From Candidatus Methylomirabilota bacterium (GTDB lineage Bacteria; Methylomirabilota; Methylomirabilia; Rokubacteriales; CSP1-6): a stretch of 16,757 nucleotides of DNA. Shown here one piece after another: positions 8,047 through 16,757 of the stretch. The stretch is taken from positions 1 through 16,757 of the forward strand of contig JBKPAK010000188.1 in the NCBI GenBank assembly GCA_046726415.1. Direction: 5' to 3'. Both the position numbers and the translations under genes were made by a program. Position 1 is the first letter of the stretch; every line of letters begins with the position of its first letter. The notes beneath the pieces are model-generated. The model saw only the letters and a list, made by a program, of their open reading frames with translations. It ran no database searches and was not told where the DNA came from.

Positions 8047-8277
8047 ATTCCGCTCCTCGAGATCTTCCGCCGACTCACCGCTCGTCGCCGCGAGCACCTC
8101 CTGCTGCTCGGGCTGGTAGGCGCCGGGTACCTTGCCACCTGGGCTGCCTTCGGCATGGTCGTCTTTGCGGCGTCGCGGCTCCTGCGCGCCGGGGTGAACG
8201 ACATCGCGATCTCTCCGAGGGGGGCCTCCGCGGCGTTGTTTTTCGTCGCGGGCGCGTTCCATGAAATGGATAGTTGA
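8047..8277 (+). pseudogene. Internal fragment of a DUF2182-like (predicted metal-binding integral membrane) gene
   Basis: IPLLEIFRRLTARR...GAGYLATWAAFG...AGAF resembles the central part of DUF2182 proteins; the upstream MMxP motif and downstream QF...KxxCLxxC region are missing. Confidence 0.6.
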
Positions 8278-8298
8278 GGGGCGGGAGGAGCGAGCGCC

Positions 8299-10023
8299 AT
8301 GGCGAGAAGGAGCATCGCGGACGTGCTGGTCGACGCGCTCGTCGCCCGGGGAGTCGAGAGAATCTACGGAGTTGCGGGTGACTCGCTCAACGGAATCACG
8401 GATTCGATTCGAAGGCGAGAGCGCATTGGCTGGGCGTCTGTCCGACATGAAGAGACGGCCGCGTTTGCTGCCGGTGCGGAAGCGCATCTGACCGGACGCT
8501 TGGCGGTCTGCGCGGGGAGCTGCGGTCCAGGCAACCTCCACTTGATCAACGGGCTCTACGATTGTCACCGGAGCCGCGTGCCCGTCCTCGCCATCGCGGC
8601 GCAGATTCCCAGCCATGAAATCGGCAGCGGATATTTTCAGGAAACCCATCCGGAACATCTCTTCGCCCAATGCAGCCACTATTGCGAACTGGTTTCGCAA
8701 CCAGAGCAGATGCCGCGCGTCCTAGGCATTGCCATGCAGACCGCGCTCTCTCGCCAGGGCGTGGCCGTCATAGCCCTGCCCGGCGACGTTGCGTTGCGGG
8801 AGGCGGTCGAAGGGCCGCGGCTGAATTTCCCTCAGCCCAAACCGAGCGTGTGCCCCTCCGATGACGAGCTGGCGGAGCTCGCGAAGGCTCTCAATGCGGC
8901 GAAGAAGATCACGATCCTCGGCGGCGCGGGTTGTGCGGGAGCTCACGCGGAGCTGGTCGAGCTCGCGAGCACCTTGAAGGCGCCGATCGTGCATGCGATG
9001 CGCGGGAAGGAGTTCATCGAGTACGACAACCCCTTTGACGTGGGCATGACCGGCCTCCTCGGATTCTCGTCCGGCTATCACGCGATGATGAACTGCGACG
9101 TCTTGCTGATGATCGGCACCGATTTTCCTTACCAACAGTTCCTTCCTCGGACGGCGACGATCGTCCAGATCGACATCCGCGGCGAACAGCTCGGCCGGCG
9201 CACCAAGGTCGACCACGGCTTGGTGGGGGACACCAAGACGACCCTCCAGGCCCTCCTCCCCAGGCTCGACCGCAACAAGGACGACGCGCATCTGAGCGCC
9301 GCCCTCGAACACTACCGGACGGCCCGCACGGCCCTCGATGACCTGGCGACGGGCGAACCCGGCAGCAGGCCGATCCACCCCCAGTATGTAACCCGAGTGG
9401 TGGACGAGTTGGCCGCCCCGGACGCCATCTTCTCGTGCGATGTCGGCACCCCGACGATTTGGGCAGCCCGCTACTTGACCATGAACGGCAGGCGGCGGCT
9501 CCTCGGCTCCTTCAACCACGGATCCATGGCAAATGCCCTGCCCCAGGCCATCGGTGCGCAGGCCAGTCATCCTGGCCGCCAAGTCATTGCCTTGTCCGGC
9601 GATGGCGGCCTCGCGATGCTGATGGGCGATCTGCTCTCACTTCGACAGTTGCGGTTGCCGGTCAAGGTGGTGGTGTTCAGGAACGACGCGCTGGCCTTTG
9701 TCGAGCTCGAAATGAAGGCGGCCGGCCTCCTGGACTTCGCCACGGACCTTCAGAATCCCGATTTCGCGAAGATGGCCGAGGCGGCCGGCCTCCTGGGGTT
9801 GACCGCAGAGGCGTCGGAACAGGTTCGACCGATGGTAACGGCGGCGTTGAAGCATGACGGGCCCGCTCTGGTCGAAGTCCTCGTACACCGGCAGGAGCTC
9901 GCCATGCCGCCCACGATCAGCCTGGAGCAGATGACCGGCTTCAGCCTCTTCATGCTGAAAGCGGTGCTCAGCGGGCGCGGCGACGAAGTCATCGATCTGG
10001 CCAGGGTCAATCTCTTCCGCTAG
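8299..10023 (+). CDS. poxB: Ubiquinone-dependent pyruvate dehydrogenase (pyruvate oxidase), TPP/FAD enzyme
   Basis: [48 protein letters not shown] motif GDGG...N, FVELEMKA and C-terminal [19 protein letters not shown]. Confidence 0.96.
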   Translation: MARRSIADVLVDALVARGVERIYGVAGDSLNGITDSIRRRERIGWASVRHEETAAFAAGAEAHLTGRLAVCAGSCGPGNLHLINGLYDCHRSRVPVLAIAAQIPSHEIGSGYFQETHPEHLFAQCSHYCELVSQPEQMPRVLGIAMQTALSRQGVAVIALPGDVALREAVEGPRLNFPQPKPSVCPSDDELAELAKALNAAKKITILGGAGCAGAHAELVELASTLKAPIVHAMRGKEFIEYDNPFDVGMTGLLGFSSGYHAMMNCDVLLMIGTDFPYQQFLPRTATIVQIDIRGEQLGRRTKVDHGLVGDTKTTLQALLPRLDRNKDDAHLSAALEHYRTARTALDDLATGEPGSRPIHPQYVTRVVDELAAPDAIFSCDVGTPTIWAARYLTMNGRRRLLGSFNHGSMANALPQAIGAQASHPGRQVIALSGDGGLAMLMGDLLSLRQLRLPVKVVVFRNDALAFVELEMKAAGLLDFATDLQNPDFAKMAEAAGLLGLTAEASEQVRPMVTAALKHDGPALVEVLVHRQELAMPPTISLEQMTGFSLFMLKAVLSGRGDEVIDLARVNLFR

Positions 10024-10102
10024 ATCCGGACAATGCCGGGCCGGCGCCCTCGAGACGCAACCGCGGGGAGTCGCTCAGCGTCCAAAGGTGGAGGAGGAGT
10101 CG

Positions 10103-10234
10103 GTGAACAAGATCGCCTCTGGGCCTACTTCAACCGTCAGCCGCCACCCCCCGGCATACCCGGAGGACTTCGAGAAAGAGGTCATGCTTCTCGACGGTTC
10201 CCGGGTACTGAGGCGAGATGTGCGCGACCGATGA
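10103..10234 (+). pseudogene. 43-aa ORF, probable truncated N-terminus of a GNAT acetyltransferase
   Basis: SD GGAGGAG before GTG; translation MNKIASGPTSTVSRHPPAYPEDFEKEVMLLDGSRVLRRDVRDR*. YPxxxExxVxLxDGxxV resembles the start of Pat-type GNAT domains. Confidence 0.5.
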
Positions 10235-10270
10235 GGTGCGCCAACCCGACTAACACGGGTCGAGGTCATC

Positions 10271-10576
10271 ATGGCTGACGCAGGGGCCGAAGCGGTAGCG
10301 GTGGATGCCTTGCATCGGCAGGGCTTTACCGAGGACTTTACCGTCATCGCTGACGTGCTCCGCCTCACCGGGAGCGGCCGAACGTTCGCGCCGGAGGAGG
10401 TCGTCATCCGCGGGTACTGCCGCTTCGAGGGCGCGTCGGACCCCGACGATATGAGCATCGTGTACGCTGTGGAGGCCGCGGACGGAACGCGGGGCACCCT
10501 GGTGGATGCCTTTGGCGCGTATGCCAGTCCCGCAGTGGCCGCGGTGCTCGACCGGATGAGCGTGCAGCGCGCGTGA
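10271..10576 (+). CDS. Conserved small hypothetical protein (family often mislabelled 'phosphoribosylpyrophosphate synthetase')
   Basis: L..QGFTEDF and RFEGASDPDDMSIVYAVE..DGTRGTLVDAFGAYA signatures; SD GAGGT. Confidence 0.8.
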   Translation: MADAGAEAVAVDALHRQGFTEDFTVIADVLRLTGSGRTFAPEEVVIRGYCRFEGASDPDDMSIVYAVEAADGTRGTLVDAFGAYASPAVAAVLDRMSVQRA

Positions 10577-10658
10577 ACGCGGCGCGTCGCCTCTTCCGCA
10601 ATGTCGCGGCGCGTGTCGACCGGGGCCCGGCCGGGTGAGCCTATCGATGGAGGAACCC

Positions 10659-11015
10659 GTGAAATACATGCTGCTGATGTGCCGCGACGAGCAGGTCTGG
10701 GACAGGCTCAGCGTGATCGAGCGACAGCAGATCTACGGGGAGACCATGGAGCTCGCGCAAGAGCTGACCTCACGCGGGCAGTATCTGGGCGGCTTTCCGC
10801 TGCACTCGTCGTCAGCGGCGACCAGCGTCCGGGTGCGCGACGGCAAGCGACTCGTGACCGACGGTCCGTTCGCAGAGACCCGCGAGCAGCTCGGCGGCTA
10901 CATGCTCATCGACGTCGAGGATCTCGACGAAGCCATCGCCATCGCCGCGCGAGTTCCCTTGGCCCGCACGAGCACCGTCGAAGTCCGGCCGGTGAGGGAG
11001 GGCCCACCGACCTAG
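10659..11015 (+). CDS. YciI/DGPF domain protein
   Basis: SD GGAGGA then GTG AAA TAC ATG (MKYMLLM); VTDGPFAETREQLGGY and VEVRPV motifs. Confidence 0.92.
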   Translation: MKYMLLMCRDEQVWDRLSVIERQQIYGETMELAQELTSRGQYLGGFPLHSSSAATSVRVRDGKRLVTDGPFAETREQLGGYMLIDVEDLDEAIAIAARVPLARTSTVEVRPVREGPPT

Positions 11016-11039
11016 GGTCCGCGCCGAGACCAGGTGCGG

Positions 11040-11077
11040 GATACCGAGCTCGACGAGGCGTTCATCGACTCGGTATC
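11040..11077. terminator. Stem-loop between convergent genes (possible bidirectional terminator or pause site)
   Basis: GATACCGAG (11040-11048) pairs with CTCGGTATC (11069-11077), extended by TCGA/TCGA; no U-tract. Confidence 0.45.
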
Positions 11078-11101
11078 GGCCTCGGGCGGTGGCCATCGCG
11101 G

Positions 11102-13477
11102 TCACGTTTCGCTCGTCGCGGATGCCGACGAGCGCTCGCGCAGCGCGCGCCACACGCGTTCCGGGGTCATGGGGAGCGCGGTGACCCGCACGCCGGCGGC
11201 GCGGGCGATAGCGTTGGCGATGGCCGGCGCCGTCGGGATCAAGCCGCTCTCCCCGATCCCCTTCGCCCCATAGGGGCCCGGCCCGTCGCCATTCTCGATC
11301 AGGATGCTGCGCGACTCCATCGGCAGGTCGCTCATCACCGGCACGCGATAGTCGATGAGCGAAGGGTTCAGCAGCTGGCCGTCCTCGTAGACCATCTGCT
11401 CGAAGAAGGTGTGGCCGAGGCCCATCATCACCGCGCCTTCCTCCTGGGCCTCGCACTCCCGGGGGTTGAGGGCACGGCCGACGTCGGCCACGGAGACGTA
11501 GCGGAGCACGCTGACGCGCCCGGTGTCCTCGTCCACCTCGACCTCGGCGGCGCCCATGCCGACCTCCCAGAACGGCGCCTCGCCGCCCAGTCGCGCACGG
11601 CCCCGCTCGCCGCGATAGGCGCCTCGGCCGATGAGCTCGCCGCCCGTGCCGAAGCGCGCGGCCAACGCCTCCGCGTACGATCGTTCGCCGCCCGGAGCGG
11701 CGATGCGCCCGGCGCGCAGCGCCACGGACTCGCGGGCGCACCCGAGCTGAAGGGCCCCTATGTCGAGCAGCTGATCGCGCACGTCGCGCGCCGCGCGCAG
11801 CACGGCCAGACCCATCAGGGTCGTGGAGCGGCTGGCGCTCGTCGCCTGATCGTACGGGCCCATGCCGACTTCCGAGCGTCCGACCCGCACGTGCGAAAGC
11901 GGAAGCGCCAGCTCCGCGGCCACGATCTGGGACATCGCCGTGCGCGCGCCTTGGCCGATCTCGACGGTGGCGGCCAGCAAGGTCGCGCTGCCGTCGGCGT
12001 GCATGCGCACCATTGCGCTCGACACAGACGGGGCCAGTGGCGCCTTGATCGTGCAGGCGACGCCTTTGCCCCGCCGGGGCGCCGCTGGCTCGTTCCAGCC
12101 GATGGCCGCGGCGGCCCGGCGAAGCCCCTCCGAGAAATCGCAGTCGACGGGCAGGTCTCCATCCATGAACGTTTCGCCCCGCCTGAGCACGTTCTTCAGG
12201 CGCAAGTCCAGCGGATCCATACCGAGCTTCTCGGCGATCACGTCCATCTGCGACTCGTATGCCCAGCACAGCTGGGGCACGCCGTAGCCGCGGAAGGCCA
12301 CGCTCACGACCGTGTTGGTGTAGACGCCGTAGGCGTCGATCGCGAGATGGGGGATGCGATAGGGGCCGGCGGCCGTGTACGCCGATTTTTGGACGACGCG
12401 CGGTCCGACGTCGGCGTAGGCACCGAGCTGGTAGTGCACCTCCGCCTCGCGCGCGACGAGGGTGCCGTCGGCGCGGACGCCGGTGCGGAGCCGATAGCGC
12501 ACGGCGGCGCGGCGGACCGTCTTGAAGCCTTCCTCCACGGTGAGGGCGAGCCGCACGGGTCGTCTGACGTGAAGGGCCAGGGCGATCGTGAGGGGCTCGA
12601 TCTTGGTGTAGGACTTGTTGCCATAGGCGCCGCCGAGGTACGGCACGATGACCTGCACGCGCGACAGCGGAAGGCCGAACATCTCGGCCACTTCCTTGCG
12701 GACCGGGAACGGATGCTGGGTGGAGGCCCACACCGCGATGCCCTGGCCGTCGACGCGCGCGATCGCGCAATGGGGCTCGAGCGAGTAGTGGTGGACCATC
12801 GGGAAGGTATAGGTCTGCTCCACCACGAGGTCCGACTGGGCGAAGCCATGCTCGACGTTCCCGCGCTGGTAGCTGAAGTGGTGGCAGATGTTCGTGTTCG
12901 GAATCGCCTCCAGGAAGGCGAGGTCACGGAAGTGCGACGCGGGTTTCGGCTTCTCGTGCAGGATCGGTGCGCCTGGCGCCAGCGCGGCCTCAAGGGTGTC
13001 CACGGCCGGCAGCTCGTCCCACTGAACGTCCACGAGCGCCAGCGCGGCCTCAGCCTGGGCGACCGTCTCGGCGACGATCGCGACCACCGGCTCGCCGGCG
13101 TGGCGGATCACGCCGTCGGCGAGCAGCGGCTGGTCCTTGTAGGCCGGGCCGTAGTAGAGGTCCTTGACCGGCAGGTCGGCGGCGGTGACGACGGCGATGA
13201 CCCCGGGCGCTTGGGCGGCGCGCGAGGTTTCGATGCTCAGAATGCGGGCGTGGGGGACCGGGCTGCGCCAGAGCTTGGCGTGCACCATACCGGGCACGAC
13301 GACGTCGCTGATGAAGCGCGCGCGCCCGGTGGCCTTCTCGGGCGTGTCGACCCGTCGGGCGCGTGTTCCGATCGTCGACGTCTGGGGAAGGGAAGTTGGT
13401 CTCTCGACACCCCCGGCAAGCGAGGCCGTGCCTGGTCCCTCCACACCCCGAGATGGGCTCCCGTCCGGTGGCGTCAT
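11102..13477 (-). CDS. Xanthine dehydrogenase family molybdopterin-binding large subunit (copy 2)
   Basis: KATGRARF, RSPVPHARI, LEPH, GGAYGNK, AFRGYG, EIGQG, DYRVP and GAKGIGE motifs; start at the ATGA overlap (13477). Confidence 0.94.
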   Translation of the reverse strand: MTPPDGSPSRGVEGPGTASLAGGVERPTSLPQTSTIGTRARRVDTPEKATGRARFISDVVVPGMVHAKLWRSPVPHARILSIETSRAAQAPGVIAVVTAADLPVKDLYYGPAYKDQPLLADGVIRHAGEPVVAIVAETVAQAEAALALVDVQWDELPAVDTLEAALAPGAPILHEKPKPASHFRDLAFLEAIPNTNICHHFSYQRGNVEHGFAQSDLVVEQTYTFPMVHHYSLEPHCAIARVDGQGIAVWASTQHPFPVRKEVAEMFGLPLSRVQVIVPYLGGAYGNKSYTKIEPLTIALALHVRRPVRLALTVEEGFKTVRRAAVRYRLRTGVRADGTLVAREAEVHYQLGAYADVGPRVVQKSAYTAAGPYRIPHLAIDAYGVYTNTVVSVAFRGYGVPQLCWAYESQMDVIAEKLGMDPLDLRLKNVLRRGETFMDGDLPVDCDFSEGLRRAAAAIGWNEPAAPRRGKGVACTIKAPLAPSVSSAMVRMHADGSATLLAATVEIGQGARTAMSQIVAAELALPLSHVRVGRSEVGMGPYDQATSASRSTTLMGLAVLRAARDVRDQLLDIGALQLGCARESVALRAGRIAAPGGERSYAEALAARFGTGGELIGRGAYRGERGRARLGGEAPFWEVGMGAAEVEVDEDTGRVSVLRYVSVADVGRALNPRECEAQEEGAVMMGLGHTFFEQMVYEDGQLLNPSLIDYRVPVMSDLPMESRSILIENGDGPGPYGAKGIGESGLIPTAPAIANAIARAAGVRVTALPMTPERVWRALRERSSASATSET

Positions 13478-15765
13478 GAATGCCCGGCCTTGCCGGCCTC
13501 GCGGAGCGCGCGCCACACCCGTTCGGGCGTCAGTGGGAGCTCGGTGAGCCGCGCACCCGTCGCCCGGGCAAGCGCGTTGCCGATGGCCGGAGCCGCGCAG
13601 AACGTCCCACCCTCGCCGATGCCCTTCGCACCGAACGGCCCGGGGCCGTCGCCGTTCTCGATCAACACCGAGTCGAGGATCCCGGGCAGATCCGTGAACG
13701 CCGGCACGCGGTAGTCGATCAGGCCGGGATTGAGAAGCTGGCCGCGCTCGGACACCCGCGCCTCGAACAGCGCCGGGCCGATGGCCTGCATCGCGGCCCC
13801 TTCGTCCTGGCCTTGGCACTCGCGCGGGTTGATCGCGCGCCCCACGTCGGCCGCCGACACGTACTTTCGCACGCTCACCGCGCCCGTTTCTCGATCGACG
13901 TCGACTTCGGCGGCCGCCATGCCGGTCTCCCAGAACACGGTGACGCCCCCGAGGCTACCGGACCCGGCCGGCGGGACGTACGTGCCGACGCCCGTCACCT
14001 CCCCGCCCACCAGCCCGTAGTGACCGCTGATGACGCCCCCGATACTGAGGGTCTGGTCGCCGTGCACGACCTTGCCGTCGCGGACGGCAAGGGTCGACGC
14101 GTCGGCGTCGAGCAGCTTGGCCGCTAACTCCAGCAGCTCCCGGCGCGCATCCTTCGCCGCCGCCTGCACGGCGAGTCCCATGACCGTGGTGGTGCGGCTG
14201 GCGCTGGTGCCGTGGTCGTATGGTACGAGGGCCGTGTCGGGCGGTACCACGACGACGGTTTCGAACGGGACGGCCAGCGTCTCGGCCACGATTTGAGCGA
14301 GCGCCGTCCGCGCACCCTGACCGATCTCGACGCTGCCGGTGAACAGAGCCACGCCGCCGTCGGCGTCAATGCGCACGATCGCCGTCGAGACCGTGTGGGT
14401 GCCGCCGCCGTCCTTCATCGCGCATGCCAGACCCTGCCCACGGTCGGCGGTGCCGGGAGCGCCCCAGCCGATGACGCGCGCGGCCCGCCCCAGCCCTTCG
14501 ACGATATCGGCGTCCACCGGTGTGTCACCGGCCACGAGCTCCTCGCCGCGCTTGAGGAGATTGCGCTCGCGCAGCGCGAGTGGGTCCACGCCGAGCCGCT
14601 CGGCGATCGCGTCCATGTGCGACTCGCACGCCCACGCCACCTGCGGGGCGCCGTAGCCGCGATAGGCGCCGGCCGGCACGTTGTGGGTGTAGACACAGCG
14701 CGCGTCGATGCGCAGTGCGGGGATGCGGTATGGCCCCACGGCGCGATAACCGGCCTTGGTGGTCACGCGCGGCCCGATGTCCGCGTAGGCGCCAGTGTCG
14801 AGGACCACGTCGCACTCGCGCGCGAGCAAGGTGCCGTCGCCCCGGACCGCGGAGCGCAGGCGCACGAGCGCCGCATGGCGCGTGATCGTCCGCGCGCTTT
14901 CCTCGAGTGAGAGCGCCAGGCGCACCGGCCGGCCCACCCTGGCGGCCAGCGCGGCGGCGAGCGGCTCGATCTTCGTATAGCACTTGCCGCCGAAAGCCCC
15001 GCCCACAAGCGGCACCACAACCTGCACGTGCGAGAGCGGGACGGCGAAGATCTCGGCGATGTCCTTTCGGACCTGAAAGGGGTGCTGGGTCCCGGCCCAG
15101 ATGGCGATCCCCTCGGCGTCCACACGCGCGATCGCGCAATGCGGCTCCAGCGCGTGATGGGAGAGTGCCGGGTAGCGGTAGGTGTCCTCCACGACCAGGT
15201 CGGCCTCGGCGAAGGTGCGCTCCAGATCGCCCCGCTCGAAGTGGACGTGGTGGCAGATGTTCGTCCCCGGTACTGGACCCAGGCCGACCAGATCGCGGAA
15301 ATGCCCCGCTCGCTCCAGGTCATGGTGGATGAGGGCGGCCCCGGGGGCGAGCGCGTCCTCCACGTTGGTGGTCGCCGGCAAATCCGCGTAATCGACATCC
15401 AGGAGGGCGAGGGCCGCCTGCGCGTGCGGCTCCGTGTCGGCGACCACCGCCACGACGGGCTCCCCGGCATAGCGCACCACTTCGTGGGCCAGGATCGGCT
15501 GGTCGCGGAACGCCGGACCGAAATGCAGGCGTCTGACGGGAAGATCCCCGGCCGTGCAGACGGCGAGCACCCCTGGCGCGGCGGCGGCGCGGGCCGTCTC
15601 GACTCCGAGCAGGCGGGCGTGGGGGACTGGGCTGCGCCAGACCTTCGCGTGCGCCATCCCGGCCAGCGCGACGTCGCTCACGTAGCGCGCTGCGCCGGTC
15701 ACCTTGTCGCGCGCGTCGACCCGCGCGACCGATCGGCCGACAACGGCGAGGCGCTCAGCGGCCAT
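13474..15765 (-). CDS. Xanthine dehydrogenase family molybdopterin-binding large subunit (copy 1)
   Basis: RVDARDKVTGAARY, RSPVPHARL, GGAFGGK, AYRGYG, EIGQG and GAKGIGE motifs. Confidence 0.95.
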   Translation of the reverse strand: MAAERLAVVGRSVARVDARDKVTGAARYVSDVALAGMAHAKVWRSPVPHARLLGVETARAAAAPGVLAVCTAGDLPVRRLHFGPAFRDQPILAHEVVRYAGEPVVAVVADTEPHAQAALALLDVDYADLPATTNVEDALAPGAALIHHDLERAGHFRDLVGLGPVPGTNICHHVHFERGDLERTFAEADLVVEDTYRYPALSHHALEPHCAIARVDAEGIAIWAGTQHPFQVRKDIAEIFAVPLSHVQVVVPLVGGAFGGKCYTKIEPLAAALAARVGRPVRLALSLEESARTITRHAALVRLRSAVRGDGTLLARECDVVLDTGAYADIGPRVTTKAGYRAVGPYRIPALRIDARCVYTHNVPAGAYRGYGAPQVAWACESHMDAIAERLGVDPLALRERNLLKRGEELVAGDTPVDADIVEGLGRAARVIGWGAPGTADRGQGLACAMKDGGGTHTVSTAIVRIDADGGVALFTGSVEIGQGARTALAQIVAETLAVPFETVVVVPPDTALVPYDHGTSASRTTTVMGLAVQAAAKDARRELLELAAKLLDADASTLAVRDGKVVHGDQTLSIGGVISGHYGLVGGEVTGVGTYVPPAGSGSLGGVTVFWETGMAAAEVDVDRETGAVSVRKYVSAADVGRAINPRECQGQDEGAAMQAIGPALFEARVSERGQLLNPGLIDYRVPAFTDLPGILDSVLIENGDGPGPFGAKGIGEGGTFCAAPAIGNALARATGARLTELPLTPERVWRALREAGKAGHS

Positions 15766-16267
15766 CGCCGATCCTGCCGTCGGCCAGGCGCCGAGAGGCG
15801 TCGAGGACCGCCTCCAGGATGCGCTTGTAGCCGGTGCACCGGCAGATGTTCCCGCGCATGTAGTGCTTCACGTCGTCCGCCGCCGGGCGCGGGTTCTCGG
15901 CGAGCAGCGCGATCGCCGCCATGATCATCCCCGGCGTGCAAAACCCGCACTGGAGCGCACCGTGCTCGATGAACGCTTCCTGCACGGGATGCAGCGCCTC
16001 ACCGCGTGCGAGTCCCTCGATGGTCCGCACGGAACGGCCGCGCGTCTCGAAGGCCAGGAGCGTGCAGGCGCTGACCGGCCGATCGTCGACGAGCACCGTG
16101 CATGCCCCGCACACCTGGACGTCGCACGACTTCTTGACGCCGAGCAGCCCCAGCCGGTCGCGCAGGCATTCGATCAGCGTCTCGTGGGGCGGGACCGTGA
16201 GCTGGTGGGTCTCGCCGTTGATGTTGACGGTCATGGCGATGGCGCCGACGGGACGGCGTCGAGTCAT
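15755..16267 (-). CDS. [2Fe-2S]-binding small subunit (CoxS/XdhC-like)
   Basis: CDVQVCGACTV...SAC, TIEGL, QCGFCTPG and GNICRCTGY; start at the ATGA overlap with the FAD subunit stop. Confidence 0.94.
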   Translation of the reverse strand: MTRRRPVGAIAMTVNINGETHQLTVPPHETLIECLRDRLGLLGVKKSCDVQVCGACTVLVDDRPVSACTLLAFETRGRSVRTIEGLARGEALHPVQEAFIEHGALQCGFCTPGMIMAAIALLAENPRPAADDVKHYMRGNICRCTGYKRILEAVLDASRRLADGRIGDGR

Positions 16268-16757
16268 GGCGCCCCTCCGGGGAGCGCGGTGAGCGCCTGC
16301 TGGAATGCGCGGCGGAGCAGGACACCGACCAGGTGCTCCTTGTACTCCGCCGAGCCATGTAGGTCGCTGACGGCATCGGCCGCGCGGCCGGCCAGGCGTC
16401 CCGCCTCGGCCAGCGCCGCGACGCTCTCGGCCACCGGCTTGCCGGCCAGGAGCGCCTCCGCCTCGCGCATCCGGCGGGGAACCGGGCCGACGCACCCGAC
16501 GGCGATCCGCGCATCGGCCACGTGGCCATCCTCGAGGGTCACCGCGACCCCGACCCCCACGGACGGCCGCTCCAGGTGGCCAAACTTGAGGTACGCCGCG
16601 GCCGAGGCCGCCGGCAACGGCGGGATGGCCACCGCGGTCAGAAGCTCGTCGCCCTCCAGACAAGTCTCGAAGGGCCCGACGAAGAGCTGCTCGAGGGGGA
16701 TCGTCCGCGTGCCGCCCTTCCGCTCGATCCGCACGCTGGCGTCCAGAGCTTGAAGCA
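16264..16757 (-). CDS. FAD-binding medium subunit (CoxM-like), 3' part only; continues beyond the window
   Basis: LQALDASVRI...RTIPLEQLFVGPFET...ELLTAV, ARIAVGCVGPVP and DLHGSAEYKEHLVGVLLRRA motifs. Confidence 0.92.
   Translation of the reverse strand, partial: LQALDASVRIERKGGTRTIPLEQLFVGPFETCLEGDELLTAVAIPPLPAASAAAYLKFGHLERPSVGVGVAVTLEDGHVADARIAVGCVGPVPRRMREAEALLAGKPVAESVAALAEAGRLAGRAADAVSDLHGSAEYKEHLVGVLLRRAFQQALTALPGGAP

Noticed and set aside
10271-10576. PRPP synthetase (prs) annotation
   Set aside because: Only 101 aa with no PRPP-binding motifs; the label attached to this family appears to be a misnomer.
10601-13714. 1037-aa plus-strand ORF and other long overlapping ORFs (e.g. 10812-12770, 1774-2856, 8722-9582)
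   Set aside because: Antisense or off-frame shadows of well-supported genes; long stop-free frames are expected in high-GC DNA and they have no recognisable motifs.
13478-13819. N-terminal extension of the 905-aa ORF
   Set aside because: It overlaps the upstream large subunit out of frame; the ATGA overlap at 13474-13477 gives the credible start.
11102-15765. Aerobic CO dehydrogenase (coxL) call
   Set aside because: The active-site loops are AYRGYG and AFRGYG, not AYxCSFR or AYRGAGR.

Overview
GC-rich bacterial chromosome segment with three zones. (1) Core-like zone, 1-5617: atpC at the end of an ATP synthase operon, an atypical HD-GYP protein, a coupled run of two DUF507 genes, ubiX, a GT2 glycosyltransferase and a Gfo/Idh/MocA oxidoreductase, a small membrane protein, tRNA-Leu(CAG) on the minus strand, smpB and tmRNA (ssrA). 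(2) Patchwork zone directly after tmRNA, 5618-11015: a ~682-aa gene split by a one-base frameshift that fuses a Sll1717/FunZ-like P-loop ATPase to a non-canonical class III nucleotidyl cyclase domain (the most interesting item, a candidate sensor-cyclase for signalling or defence), a DUF2182 remnant, poxB, a truncated GNAT-like remnant, a small conserved hypothetical gene and a YciI/DGPF gene. (3) Minus-strand xanthine dehydrogenase-family molybdoenzyme operon, 11102-16757: partial FAD subunit, [2Fe-2S] subunit and two tandem paralogous Mo-binding large subunits. All family calls come from motif recognition by eye; no searches were run.
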